Shown piece after piece: positions 1 to 9,872 of a stretch of 64,000 bases of DNA. Under the pieces are notes generated by a model. The model made no database searches and was not told the DNA's origin. It saw only the letters and a list, made by a program, of their open reading frames with translations. The position numbers and the translations under genes are program-made. Origin of the DNA: a bacterium (GTDB lineage: Bacteria; Hinthialibacterota; Hinthialibacteria; Hinthialibacterales; Hinthialibacteraceae); contig CAXXMV010000001.1 of NCBI GenBank assembly GCA_963662285.2, forward strand, positions 32,001 through 96,000. Direction: 5' to 3'. How positions within the stretch are numbered: the first letter of the stretch is position 1; the number at the start of each line of letters is the position of its first letter.

Positions 1-29
1 GGAATTTCACCATATCGTTGGTGGCTTGA

Positions 30-99
30 TCAAGGGCTGAGCGCAATGCGCTCTTGCCCTTGGCACCCAGTCCGGGCGCCCACAAGGGGCGCGCCCTAC
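30..99. repeat. REP-like composite: TCAAGGGC...GCCCTTGGC hairpin plus GTAG-type palindrome
   Basis: tcaagggctgagcgcaatgcgctcttgcccttggcacccag followed by gggcgcccacaaggggcgcgccctac; the same pair recurs at 25583-25681. Confidence 0.75.
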
Positions 100-237
100 T
101 TGGGGTGTGAGGGGACATTGTTGATCAATAATTTTTTAATGATAATAGATAGTCACATAATTGAATGGAGACTCTTACTCATGCTAATCGAAAATCCATG
201 CGGTATTGCGCTGCCATCCAGTCTGTTTGGGGGTGGG

Positions 238-741
238 TTGGTTCTTCCCTATAAAGATTTCATGCCTGAAATTGGCGAGAATGTGTTTATTGCTCCATCA
301 GCCTCGGTTATCGGACAAAGTACGTTGGGTAATAACGTCAGCGTCTGGTTTGGAGCGACCGTGCGCGGGGATATTTCATATATTAGAGTTGGTGAGAACA
401 CGAACATCCAGGATCAATGCGTGCTGCATGTGGGTGATGATCATCCATGCATTATCGGCGATAATGTAGTCGCCGGGCATAAATCAGTAATTCATGGCTG
501 TACGGTGGAAGATGATTGCCTGATCGGCATCGGGGCGATTATTCTCAACGGGGCGGTAATCGGGCGAGGCTCTATCATTGGCGCAGGCTCGTTAATCCCT
601 GAAAATGCTTGCATTGCAGCATCAAGCGTGGTTATGGGGACGCCGGGTAAAGTGATTCGTCAGGTTACTGAAGATGAGCATGATCAACATGTTAAACTGG
701 TGAGAAAATATGTGGGCGTGGCTTGTAAGTATCGGTTTTGA
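238..741 (+). CDS. gamma carbonic anhydrase family protein (YrdA/CaiE-like hexapeptide repeat)
   Basis: VWFGATVRGD, TNIQDQCVLH and GHKSVIHGC metal-ligand motifs. The ORF from 46 runs through a REP, so the likely start is TTG at 238 (VLPYK...). Confidence 0.9.
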   Translation: MVLPYKDFMPEIGENVFIAPSASVIGQSTLGNNVSVWFGATVRGDISYIRVGENTNIQDQCVLHVGDDHPCIIGDNVVAGHKSVIHGCTVEDDCLIGIGAIILNGAVIGRGSIIGAGSLIPENACIAASSVVMGTPGKVIRQVTEDEHDQHVKLVRKYVGVACKYRF

Positions 742-776
742 TATAATTTAATTATTATAAGGGTACTTTCGTTTTA

Positions 777-1080
777 ATAGTTTTCAGTCAAGGGCAGAAA
801 GGACACTGCCCTTGGCGCCCAGCCCTTGGCGCACATGAAAGACGCCCTACAGGTTTGTCCGGAGTTGGTTTGTTGGTAAAAGTCATTGAATTATCATAGT
901 TTTAGTCAAGGGCAGAAAGGACACTGCCCTTGGCGCACATGAAAGATGCCCCTATAGGTTTGTCCGGTGTTGGTTTGTTGGTAAAAGTCATTGAATTATC
1001 ATAGTTTTCAGTCAAGGGCAGAAAATACACTGCCCTTGGCGCCCAGCTGGGCACAATGCGGTCTTGCCCTTGGCGCCCGG
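777..1080. repeat. tandem repeat, about 2.5 units of 105-119 bp, each with a TCAAGGGCAG...CTGCCCTTGGCGC hairpin
   Basis: Units start at 777, 896 and 1001; the sequence between hairpins is nearly identical in units 1 and 2. Confidence 0.9.
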
Positions 1081-1221
1081 CAATTTCGACTATAATAACT
1101 GCGAAATTCCACTTTTATGAATTTGTAGTGGAACCAGGTAAATTTATCTGTAATACTATCCAGGTAATCAGCGTTAATAGGATGATAAAGTATAACGCTG
1201 AAAAAATTGAAATGTGGAATC

Positions 1222-1866
1222 ATGGTAATGGCTCAAGCGCTCATAACCGATATACCGGTTCAATCCGAAGTTTCCGAATCGCAGACCAGTGAAGCGATTC
1301 TGATTGAACGGGCGCAAATGAATCCAGAAGAGTTCGAGCCTTTGTATGAAATGTATTACGAAAGGGTTTATCTCTATCTTCTCAGGCGTTGCGCAAATAC
1401 AACGCTGGCGGAAGATTTAACCGGGGATACCTTTTTTAAGGCGATACACAGTCTGCCCCGTTTTAAGCAACAAAATGTACCATTTCTGGCGTGGCTATTC
1501 CGTATCGCCCATAATCAGATGATCTCCCATTTCCGCAAAACTAAAGTGCGCGATGTATTCCGGATAAAAAAACAACGCGAGAATAAATCACACACTGATC
1601 CGAGAATCCATCTGCTGCGCAAGACAGAACTGGATCAGACCGGAACCGCTTTAGCCAAAATAATTCAGCACCTTAAGCCGATTGATCAACTATTGATATC
1701 GCTACGTTATATAGAAGACCTGAGCATGAATGAAACAGCCGAAGCAGCAGGCATGACTACCGGATCAGCCCGGACGCGTCTGCACCGCGCTTTGAAGAAA
1801 TTAAAAGACCTGATTGAGAATGATGCGCCAGAGATATTAGAACTGATCGGAGGAAATAAATCATGA
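1222..1866 (+). CDS. ECF RNA polymerase sigma-70 factor
   Basis: Region 2 (AEDLTGDTFFKA, FLAWLFRIAHN) and region 4 (LRYIEDLSMNETA...SARTRLHRA); start at ATG 1222 or 1228. Confidence 0.93.
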   Translation: MVMAQALITDIPVQSEVSESQTSEAILIERAQMNPEEFEPLYEMYYERVYLYLLRRCANTTLAEDLTGDTFFKAIHSLPRFKQQNVPFLAWLFRIAHNQMISHFRKTKVRDVFRIKKQRENKSHTDPRIHLLRKTELDQTGTALAKIIQHLKPIDQLLISLRYIEDLSMNETAEAAGMTTGSARTRLHRALKKLKDLIENDAPEILELIGGNKS

Positions 1867-2411
1867 ACCAACAAGATGATTTTTCTCCGTTAGAAAATTT
1901 ACTGCGCCAAACCAGGTTAAATGCGCCGATTAATCCATCGCATAAGGCTGAGTTGCGGGGCAAGTTGCTGGCCGCGCCGCCCAGAGAAGAAATCTTCCGT
2001 CGCAGAATGATATGTGCAACATCGTTCGCAATGGTTCTAATGACTATTGGCATCTTTTGGATGCAAGACAGAGGCCCGATAGTCGGTAGTTTTATATGGA
2101 ACGTTAATCAGAGCAATTCCAAATCGCTTCGCGCCGGGAAATGGTTAAGAACCGGCAACGACAGGTTAACCGCAGTTCTTCAGGACAGGAGTTCGTTGCA
2201 GTTTGAACCACTATCCGAGTTTAAGATTATTTCATCTTCCACCAAAAGAAGAAATGAAAACGCGGTTATCTATTTAAAACGTGGAACAGTAAACGCCATT
2301 GTATCTAATAAAATGAAATATTCATTAATTATCCATACTCCAGACGCGCAAGTACGCGTAGTGGGCACTAAATTCAGAGTAACAGTAGAAGAAATCAAAA
2401 GTCAACAATAG
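1863..2411 (+). CDS. FecR-family anti-sigma factor with C-terminally incomplete FecR domain
   Basis: ATGA overlap with the sigma gene, one TM helix, FecR motifs LRTG..LQDRS, LKRG and HTPDAQVRVVGTKFRV; ends before the TxVxVxEGxV strand. Confidence 0.8.
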   Translation: MNQQDDFSPLENLLRQTRLNAPINPSHKAELRGKLLAAPPREEIFRRRMICATSFAMVLMTIGIFWMQDRGPIVGSFIWNVNQSNSKSLRAGKWLRTGNDRLTAVLQDRSSLQFEPLSEFKIISSSTKRRNENAVIYLKRGTVNAIVSNKMKYSLIIHTPDAQVRVVGTKFRVTVEEIKSQQ

Positions 2412-2449
2412 TTTAACACATTCAAAACATTTGGTTTAAGGAGAATATC

Positions 2450-5400
2450 ATGAGACGGGAATTCGTCATCGGGGGAATTTTTTTGCTAATTTTTATGATT
2501 TTGATGGCATCCGTCACCTATTGGGGAAGCCAGGAAGAAGTCATAACCAAGACATCCGTGATCGTGGAAGAAGGAAAAGTTGAAGTCTCTAGCACATCAG
2601 ATTCCAATGATAAGAAGACATTGAATAAGAATCAAAGAATCAATGCATCAGGTGGAGAATTGCTGGCGGTTGAGAATATCATTCCAACCCCGGAGGATGC
2701 TGCGCTGGATGGAGCGGCAATAGCAGGCGCAATTTCAATGGCCACGTCAACAATCAGCAATGCGACTGAAGACGAATGTTGGATCGCCGGTTATGTTAAG
2801 GGTGAAGATGACAAAAAACTGGTTGGAGTTGAAATCAGCGTGCGCATCATGGATGGAGTAGAACAAGGCGTTTCTTATGATGGTTCTGATGAAGATGAAA
2901 ATGTTAAAACAGCCAAGACCAACCAGGAGGGATATTACACCATCGCTCTGGACGGCCCCCATGAATATCAGATAAGTTCAACGCCGAGTGAAGGTTATCT
3001 TAAACTGATTGAGCGGGTTACGCTTACAGAAGAGAACAAGACGCTGGCCAAGCATTTTGTACATCCAATCGCGGCATTCTCAGTACGCGGTAAAGTATTG
3101 GATAAAGAGACCGAAGAACCAATCGAAGGCGCTAGAGTCGCTTTGATAATGCAGCATCCTGACGTTCATCCTCAACAAAAAATAGAAAGAGCTGAAACCA
3201 ATGAAAAGGGCGAGTATAACATTACCCGCGTCGCTAGGGGAACTTTCCGCCTCGAAGCCAACAAAGAGGGATACGTCAAATTCAGCCCTTACGGGAAAAA
3301 ATTAGGCGACACCAGTCCACTGCTGAATTTTCAGGTTAATGAAAGTACGCAAAAGAAAGAATACATCATCAAGATGGAACCGGGTTCAACCGCCAGGTTC
3401 AAGGTAGTTGACGCCAATAAAAAACCAATTCCTGAAGTATATGTAAAAGTGATGCGTGATGCGCAATACTTTGCTTATATTGATAGCTGCATGACAGATC
3501 AAAATGGCGAGGCGGAAAATGACCGCCTGCCCAAAGAGACGCTTTATGCAGTAGCGTCTCATGAAGATTTCGGTCAAGGACGCAGCAAAAAATTTGAACC
3601 GGGTTCGGCGGATGATATACCTCTGGTCGAAATAATATTACAAGAGACCGGCTCTATTTCGGGGAAAGTTACTGATGCTGATGGCAACCTGATGGAAGGA
3701 ATCAACATCAATGCGGCATACATATCCCAAGATATGGATGTGGAAAATGTAGAAGAAAAAAGGACTCAGACCGGGGCAGACGGACTTTATTCTTTTAGTT
3801 TGCTAAGCGCAGGAACATACCGGGTTTTTGTATCCAATAATAGTTATGGCGTCAATGCAAATAAAGTACGGACTATTGAAGTACTGAGTGGAGTGGATCG
3901 AACCGGGGTAGATTTTACTCTCGGTAATATGGTTGAGTTGCGCGGAAAAGTCATCAATCAGGATGACGAGCCGGTTGAAGGCATCTACGTACATGCAGTG
4001 TCATACTTAAAAGATGGCGGCATGCCCGGCAGTGGAAGCGATGAAACTGATGAAAATGGTGAATTCCACGTAAAAGACGCTCCCCCGGGAGACGAGGTGC
4101 AATATCAATTGCAAGGCAAAGGATACGCTCATACCATCATAAGACATCCAATGGATGGTGAATATAAAATTCTCAAGATTAAATCGGCGGGAACAGTTAA
4201 AGGCGTGGTAATGAACACAGAGGGAGAACCAGTCGAAGGCGCCCAGGTTTATCCCATCCGTTTGTTTTCAAATAGTCCTTATCACAATAAATACAAAACA
4301 ATTAACACCGGTATAGATGGTTCGTTTGAATTTACCAATCTCGATCCAATGGACTACCGTTTTTGCGCATCCGCTGAGGGATATGTCCAAAAAGAGAGCG
4401 CGACTGTCTCGCTGGATCAGGGAGAGAGCATCGATTCTGTAATTATTGAACTGGAGACCGGGTTGGAAATCAGGGGCCGGGTGGTTGATCCCAATGGTCA
4501 ACCGTTGCCTGATGCGCTAATTTCTCTTCTCTCTCTTACTATAAACAATAACTCTGGAAGTTGGAGCAGTTCGGGTTTCGAGATGGCTAATTTCCCTGAA
4601 ACAGCAATGAGCGATCAGGAAGGTAATTTCGTTATACCCGATTTTCCACCAGACGGCGACACGCTTATAGTACAACACCAAGGCGTTGCGCCGAAACTGT
4701 TTCAGATCGTCCCCGCCATGTTGGATCAACAGCCGTTTACCATCCAAATGACTGAAGGCGGCGCGATTGAAGGCCTTGTTTTAGACCGGACCAAGAGTCC
4801 TATATCAGGCGCGGAAATCCGGGTGCAGAATTATCCGGAGAATATGTTCCGCTACGTGGCTAAAACTGACGCCAAGGGAGAATACCGCATTGAACACCTG
4901 GGGCCTATGTCTTATATGGTGCAAAAAGTCGTCTCAATATACGCCAAGAATAGTGAGCAATCATTTGTTTCAAATGGTCCGGGAACAGACGACTCGCTGT
5001 TTGTGACTGTTGTAGAAGGTCAAACGGTGCGCGCTGATTTCGGCGCTGGCGAAGGCGCTGATGTTCGAGGAACGGTTTATAAGCGGGGAGAACCTGTCCC
5101 TGGCGCAAGAGTTGGAATCCAAACAGTGGGAACAACAGGTGATGACAATAGTTTATTTATGAATGTCGTCACGGATGAACAAGGCGTTTTTGTTTTTAAT
5201 GCAATCCCTGAAGGCGAATATACCCTCTTCACAAATACAAACGCAACAGCCTTTCTACATATTTCCCGCGCTGAAACATATACTAACATAAGCATCTCAG
5301 CCAATCAGGATGAATATACCCAAGACCTTTATATCGCCACTTATGAAATTCAGGGAACGGTGGTTGACGCAGAGTCGGGAGAACCGATTCCAAACGCTAC

Positions 5401-6196
5401 CATCCAAAGCAATCTGTATGTCGGAAAAACCAGAGCCCCGGTAAAAGGGGCAGCAAGTTTAAACACCGTTTCGGATGGAGAAGGCCGATTTACCTTGTAT
5501 CCCCAGGAAGCGGGTGAGTTCAACCTGGCGGCTATTGCTGATAAGTACAGCCCTAAAAAGTTCAGCGTGACGGTTGAAGCCGCTGAACCGGGATCAACGG
5601 CGCCGACTCAGCAGATACAGGTAACCATGCAAAAAAATGACATGGTATTGATCGCCCGGTTATTCTTCAATGGCAATCCAGCGTTTTGCAGTTGGGCGCA
5701 ATTCAGACAAAAGATGGAATTTGGAGAACAAAGATTAATTGAAACCAATGTTGAACCCGGCGTTTACCGCGTGTTGGGTCTGCCCGAAGGAGAATCAGAA
5801 TTCTTTGTCAGAGCCTATGTTAATAACAAGGTTATGTATTCAACTACGCCGCGGGTTGTGTTGACTTCCGGGCAGGAGACGGAAGTTACTTTGAATTTAT
5901 TTGAAGTCATGCGATATACTCTCACCCTTGAAGCGCCGGATAACGAGATGCTTGAATCTGTGGCCACTGCGGAAGTATTGGATTTCCCTGAACCATTCAT
6001 AAAGACGCTTCATTTGAGTCGATACACCGATACTACGGGCAAGAATCTCGCCCAGCTCGAGATTCCCTCTACGGCGCGTCGCGTGTTGGTCAACGTTCCT
6101 GGATTTATGCCGGTTGAGTTTGATCCGGTGGCTATGGCTGTAGGTGGAGAGAATGCATTGGAGAAGATGATTACTATTAAACTTATGCCGCAGTGA
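2450..6196 (+). CDS. membrane-anchored protein with N-terminal FecR C-terminal fragment and many carboxypeptidase-regulatory-like (Cna-B-like) beta-sandwich repeats
   Basis: RBS AAGGAG, N-terminal TM, TSVIVEEGKVEV, then repeated GxVxDxxGxPxxGAxV...TDxxGxF/Y units. Confidence 0.85.
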   Translation: MRREFVIGGIFLLIFMILMASVTYWGSQEEVITKTSVIVEEGKVEVSSTSDSNDKKTLNKNQRINASGGELLAVENIIPTPEDAALDGAAIAGAISMATSTISNATEDECWIAGYVKGEDDKKLVGVEISVRIMDGVEQGVSYDGSDEDENVKTAKTNQEGYYTIALDGPHEYQISSTPSEGYLKLIERVTLTEENKTLAKHFVHPIAAFSVRGKVLDKETEEPIEGARVALIMQHPDVHPQQKIERAETNEKGEYNITRVARGTFRLEANKEGYVKFSPYGKKLGDTSPLLNFQVNESTQKKEYIIKMEPGSTARFKVVDANKKPIPEVYVKVMRDAQYFAYIDSCMTDQNGEAENDRLPKETLYAVASHEDFGQGRSKKFEPGSADDIPLVEIILQETGSISGKVTDADGNLMEGININAAYISQDMDVENVEEKRTQTGADGLYSFSLLSAGTYRVFVSNNSYGVNANKVRTIEVLSGVDRTGVDFTLGNMVELRGKVINQDDEPVEGIYVHAVSYLKDGGMPGSGSDETDENGEFHVKDAPPGDEVQYQLQGKGYAHTIIRHPMDGEYKILKIKSAGTVKGVVMNTEGEPVEGAQVYPIRLFSNSPYHNKYKTINTGIDGSFEFTNLDPMDYRFCASAEGYVQKESATVSLDQGESIDSVIIELETGLEIRGRVVDPNGQPLPDALISLLSLTINNNSGSWSSSGFEMANFPETAMSDQEGNFVIPDFPPDGDTLIVQHQGVAPKLFQIVPAMLDQQPFTIQMTEGGAIEGLVLDRTKSPISGAEIRVQNYPENMFRYVAKTDAKGEYRIEHLGPMSYMVQKVVSIYAKNSEQSFVSNGPGTDDSLFVTVVEGQTVRADFGAGEGADVRGTVYKRGEPVPGARVGIQTVGTTGDDNSLFMNVVTDEQGVFVFNAIPEGEYTLFTNTNATAFLHISRAETYTNISISANQDEYTQDLYIATYEIQGTVVDAESGEPIPNATIQSNLYVGKTRAPVKGAASLNTVSDGEGRFTLYPQEAGEFNLAAIADKYSPKKFSVTVEAAEPGSTAPTQQIQVTMQKNDMVLIARLFFNGNPAFCSWAQFRQKMEFGEQRLIETNVEPGVYRVLGLPEGESEFFVRAYVNNKVMYSTTPRVVLTSGQETEVTLNLFEVMRYTLTLEAPDNEMLESVATAEVLDFPEPFIKTLHLSRYTDTTGKNLAQLEIPSTARRVLVNVPGFMPVEFDPVAMAVGGENALEKMITIKLMPQ

Positions 6197-6199
6197 TTG

Positions 6200-6293
6200 A
6201 TCACTCCTCTTCCCCAAGTTTTCGGGAAGAGGAGTTTTGGGTTTTAGTAGTGGGTGGTTCTTTGGTGGGTCGGTGAGGCGCGACCCACCCTAC
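6200..6293. repeat. composite REP-like element, copy 1 of 3
   Basis: CTCCTCTTCCC..GGGAAGAGGAG hairpin, T/G-rich linker, GGTGGGTCG..CGACCCACCCTAC; other copies at 7144-7235 and 8465-8549. Confidence 0.85.
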
Positions 6294-6452
6294 ACGCTGA
6301 TTCGGATGTTCTTTGCGCTCTTTTTGTGAAACATTATTCCGGCTTTTCCAAAAAGATAACTCTTCATCCAAAGTCATATCCTTTAATTTTTCCCATATTT
6401 TGATTGATCCCAGCCGTTTCATCTCGACGCAATCAATTGTTTTAGTTTTCAT
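6201..6452 (-). CDS. small hypothetical protein coupled to PIN gene (putative antitoxin); C-terminus reads into the repeat
   Basis: MKTKTIDCVEMKRLGS start overlaps the end of the PIN reading frame; the tail RVGWVAPHRPT is translated REP sequence. Confidence 0.6.
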   Translation of the reverse strand: MKTKTIDCVEMKRLGSIKIWEKLKDMTLDEELSFWKSRNNVSQKERKEHPNQRVGWVAPHRPTKEPPTTKTQNSSSRKLGEEE

Positions 6453-6909
6453 CGAAAATCACCTCTAATGGACTATGAATAGCAATAGGTTTATAGCCTA
6501 ACTTTTCATTTACTATATTATATTTCGAAATCTTTTGATAATTTACAATATGGTGAAAATTCCAACTTACGATTAGATTGCAGTTTTATACCGTTGCTAA
6601 AGCCACATGAAGAGCATCGGCCATCCATCGCGAACCAATAACATTTGAATCGATATAAGCATGTTGAAGAATAATTGCCTCTTGTGTTATTTCAATGAAC
6701 TCAGCATTATATCTAATTTCCTCAAAAAAATCCTTCACGTATTCAGGAGCCGACTTAATCTCTTCGCTAACAACAGATGATAGAACAAGAAAGAAATATC
6801 CATTATCGGCGTTGCGAAAAAATGACCGGCTTGATTTTGAAAACTCCTCATCAAAAATCCCACCTATTACTGAGGTGTCAGTATAAATTCTTGGAACTAT
6901 TTCAGCCAT
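6442..6909 (-). pseudogene. PIN-domain (VapC-like) nuclease gene with in-frame TAA at 6586-6588
   Basis: IYTDTSVIGG...DALHVALATV*NCNLIVSWNFHHIVN...IHSPLEVIFDEN*; the typical PIN C-terminus continues in frame after the stop. Confidence 0.85.
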
Positions 6910-7043
6910 ATATTATCTCCTATTCATCCATTCCATTATAGAACAACTTATCATAGTTAATAATAGAATTCATCATTAAATTATTGTTCAAATTAATGAA
7001 TGACACCCACGCTTGAGTGGTTGAGTTTGATTAAGTTGCTTTA

Positions 7044-7090
7044 TGTCTGAATCTGGATTTACAGGATGGAAGAATACTTAGGATTTTTTT
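7044..7090. repeat. TGTCTGAATCTGGAT...AGGATT repeat; second copy at 46329-46372
   Basis: Shared 15-nt head followed by three further GGA units in both copies. Confidence 0.55.
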
Positions 7091-7143
7091 ATGATTGGGT
7101 AGTGGTGAGAATTGGGTTTGTTTGGTTTGTTGACGTGATTGAT

Positions 7144-7235
7144 ATCACTCCTCTTCCTCTTGTTTTAGGGAAGAGGAGTTTTTGGGTTTGAGTGGGTGGT
7201 TTTTTGGTGGGTCGGTGAGGCGCGACCCACCCTAC
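7144..7235. repeat. composite REP-like element, copy 2
   Basis: Direct repeat of 6200-6293. Confidence 0.85.
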
Positions 7236-7374
7236 GCGCTGGATGATGGAAAAATTCAAATAAAATACCCAGGAGCGGGCAAAAGCGGTTATGATGAAAA
7301 TATGACACAGCGTTAAAGGGATTTAGAAGAACGCTGGATGGGCCGTAATAGTAGTTATTTTTGGAAGTTGCCTT

Positions 7375-7872
7375 ATGCGTAAGAAAATGATATATTTTTT
7401 TATCTCAATCATCGGCTTGATTGTTGTTACAGTGATTTCATTGATTACTGTCATTCGGCTTAATCATGCGCATCTCATGGAGGCGCCAGGATTGTATAAC
7501 CGGTTGATTGCTTTTTTATCGACGAACGTTGCGGAAACATCAGAAAACCATGTCTATCCAGAGTTAAAAACCCGGTATTTTGGGGAATCAGATGAAAGTC
7601 TTTTTGATCATTCAATACACTCAGTTCAAAAACTAGGTTGGGAAATCGTTTCATCAGATTCTGCAAAAAAAGAGATGCAAATTGAAATAAAAACACCCCT
7701 TTGGAAATTTGTCGATGATATGCAGATCCGGGTGGAAGCCATAGATGAAAGCCGTTCGAGTTTGTATATTCGCTCTTCCTCGCGGGTTGGAAAAGGAGAT
7801 CTGGGCGCCAATTCAGGACATATTTATCAACTTTATCATAGATTGGCGAAGGATGGCGTTAATGCGCTATAG
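7375..7872 (+). CDS. DUF1499 family protein
   Basis: N-terminal TM; FVDDMQIRV and IRSSSRVGKGDLGAN motifs. Confidence 0.8.
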   Translation: MRKKMIYFFISIIGLIVVTVISLITVIRLNHAHLMEAPGLYNRLIAFLSTNVAETSENHVYPELKTRYFGESDESLFDHSIHSVQKLGWEIVSSDSAKKEMQIEIKTPLWKFVDDMQIRVEAIDESRSSLYIRSSSRVGKGDLGANSGHIYQLYHRLAKDGVNAL

Positions 7873-7916
7873 TAGAGGCTAAGTCTAAATACGCCTATTG
7901 AGAAAGAATAAAAAAG

Positions 7917-8438
7917 ATGCGGATAATTCCAATTATGTTTTTATCTTTTATAATTAGTGGATGCAGTGGATTGCCCGAAGGCGTTACTCCAGTTTCAGAA
8001 TTTGAACTTAATAAGTATCTGGGGAAATGGTATGAAATCGCCCGGTTAGATCATTCATTTGAACGCGGTCTTAACAATGTTAATGCTGAATACTCAATGC
8101 GCGAAGATGGCGGGGTGAAGGTTATAAATAGGGGTTTTTCAGATTCACAAAACAGCTGGAAAGAAGCGGAAGGTAAAGCCTATTTCGTGCGAGAAAAAAA
8201 CATAGGGTATTTGAAAGTTTCGTTCTTCGGTCCATTTTACGGTTCTTATATCGTTTTCGAACTGGATAAAGAGAATTATCAATACGCCTATGTCGCAGGA
8301 CCGAATAAAAAATACCTTTGGCTGCTGGCAAGAACGCCAAACGCAAGCCAAGAACGCATAGACCATTTTGTGGAAAGTTCAAAAAGCCTTGGGTTTGACG
8401 CTGATAATCTAATATTTGTGGAACATAATCAACCATAA
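7917..8438 (+). CDS. blc: bacterial lipocalin lipoprotein
   Basis: Lipobox ISGC; YLGKWYEIARLDHSFERGL, LKVSFFGPFYG, YLWLLARTP. Confidence 0.95.
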   Translation: MRIIPIMFLSFIISGCSGLPEGVTPVSEFELNKYLGKWYEIARLDHSFERGLNNVNAEYSMREDGGVKVINRGFSDSQNSWKEAEGKAYFVREKNIGYLKVSFFGPFYGSYIVFELDKENYQYAYVAGPNKKYLWLLARTPNASQERIDHFVESSKSLGFDADNLIFVEHNQP

Positions 8439-8464
8439 TATTGGGCATACAGGCTCAAACAAAA

Positions 8465-8549
8465 ATCCCTCTCTCACAATTTTGGGAAGAGGGATTTTTG
8501 GTATTAGCAGGTGGTTCTTCGGTGGATCAAAATGCGCGACCCACCTTAC
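8465..8549. repeat. composite REP-like element, degenerate copy 3
   Basis: atccctctct..gggaagagggat, linker, ggtggatc..cgcgacccaccttac. Confidence 0.7.
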
Positions 8550-8569
8550 GCAAAGGTAAGGGTTTCGCC

Positions 8570-9595
8570 TTAGCGGAATAATTCCCAGCAATCAGTTTGG
8601 GATGATCCTATAATCATATCGGCTTGATTGAGCGCTTCATCGGTGAAAGTCCAGGCCGGTTCCAGTCCTTCCAAGGCGTTTGGATTAAGGTAGAGGGTGT
8701 GGGGTACGTAATCCTCCAGAGGAATATCCTTGGGTGTCGCACCGTTGAGGATTTGCGCCGCCATGTTGCCCGCCTTGACGCCTACCTCAAAGAAATCCGG
8801 GCCGAGATCGAATAAGGCGCCTGAATTAACGCTGTCGGGATTGACGGTAAAGACCGGGATTCCCGCTGCTTGCGCAACGGCGACAAGATCAGCCATTCCG
8901 AAATTAACGGTGTTATCACCACCCATAATGAAGGCCTGGACGCCCTGGGCAACCAACATATTAGTTTTCTCTAAAACTTGGGAAGATTCATTAACATTCT
9001 CTTCCAATAGTTCGATCTCAAGCGTCGGGCAGGCCTCTCGAGCTAGAGAGGTAGTAAACACAGAATTGGATTCATCAGGATTCCATATCAAACCCAATTT
9101 ATTTAACGATGGAAAAAACGCCTTGGCGTATTGAATAGCCGCGCCAACCGGATTGGGGGAACTGACTCCGGTCAGGAATTCCGGCTTATCGAGCGGGCCG
9201 CCATCCCCGATGCCGACATCGGCGGTATAGGCCCATGAGACTACTGAAAACACATGAGGTATCTTGGTTGCTTGATTGACATTGTAGACTGCCTGCATGC
9301 AGGCAGTAGAGCAGGTCAAAATAAGGTCGAAATCCTGGGTGACGATCTCTGCCGCATAAGCATCGGCATTGGCGCGGTTGCCTTCGGCATTATAAAACTT
9401 GATCACCAGATTATCACCATCGACAAAGCCATTTTCGCGCAAACCCTCCAGCATTCCCTCGACGCCTTGGTCGTTCACGAAATAGGAGTTGTATTTGAGG
9501 ACGGCTACATTGAATCCCCACGCGGCGCCTGCGGTTAGTTCGAGAGATAAAACAAGAAAAAGCAGAAAGCATCGGGATAGAATTCGTTGGATCAT
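8570..9595 (-). CDS. ABC-type substrate-binding protein (ABC_sub_bind-like), no adjacent permease
   Basis: Signal peptide; YNAEGN, IPHVFSVV, LGLIWNPDESNS, GGDNTV; tail SSQTDCWELFR. Confidence 0.85.
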   Translation of the reverse strand: MIQRILSRCFLLFLVLSLELTAGAAWGFNVAVLKYNSYFVNDQGVEGMLEGLRENGFVDGDNLVIKFYNAEGNRANADAYAAEIVTQDFDLILTCSTACMQAVYNVNQATKIPHVFSVVSWAYTADVGIGDGGPLDKPEFLTGVSSPNPVGAAIQYAKAFFPSLNKLGLIWNPDESNSVFTTSLAREACPTLEIELLEENVNESSQVLEKTNMLVAQGVQAFIMGGDNTVNFGMADLVAVAQAAGIPVFTVNPDSVNSGALFDLGPDFFEVGVKAGNMAAQILNGATPKDIPLEDYVPHTLYLNPNALEGLEPAWTFTDEALNQADMIIGSSQTDCWELFR

Positions 9596-9872
9596 AGTAG
9601 GTTCCTTTGTTAGTGTTTTTAGAGTATTTTTGGCATTATAACATGCTGATTAGAGATTTGAAGTTAATACATAAAAATTGCAATTTCCCTCTAGCAGCGT
9701 GTCAATTAAACAAACGACTTGGATGATTAGTTGATTTGTTTTTAGGTGGTTCTTATTCATATTCTGATTGCATTTTATCAATTTCACATGGATAATGGAA
9801 AGTTTAAATAAATCATAAAATAGATTAAGAATTTTAAAACCACTTACCCGCTTGCGCGTTATATTAAGCGTG

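Noticed and set aside
46-237. N-terminal extension of the gamma-CA protein
   Set aside because: Translated REP and intergenic sequence; the family-typical sequence starts near 238.
777-1080. CRISPR array
   Set aside because: The would-be spacers are nearly identical and about 75 bp long, the repeat is a dispersed REP-like family, and there are no cas genes.
6586-6588. Stop-codon recoding
   Set aside because: It is a TAA, which many genes here use as a normal stop; a single instance.
6200-8549. Classical integron
   Set aside because: No intI, and the repeats lack RYYYAAC/GTTRRRY attC ends.
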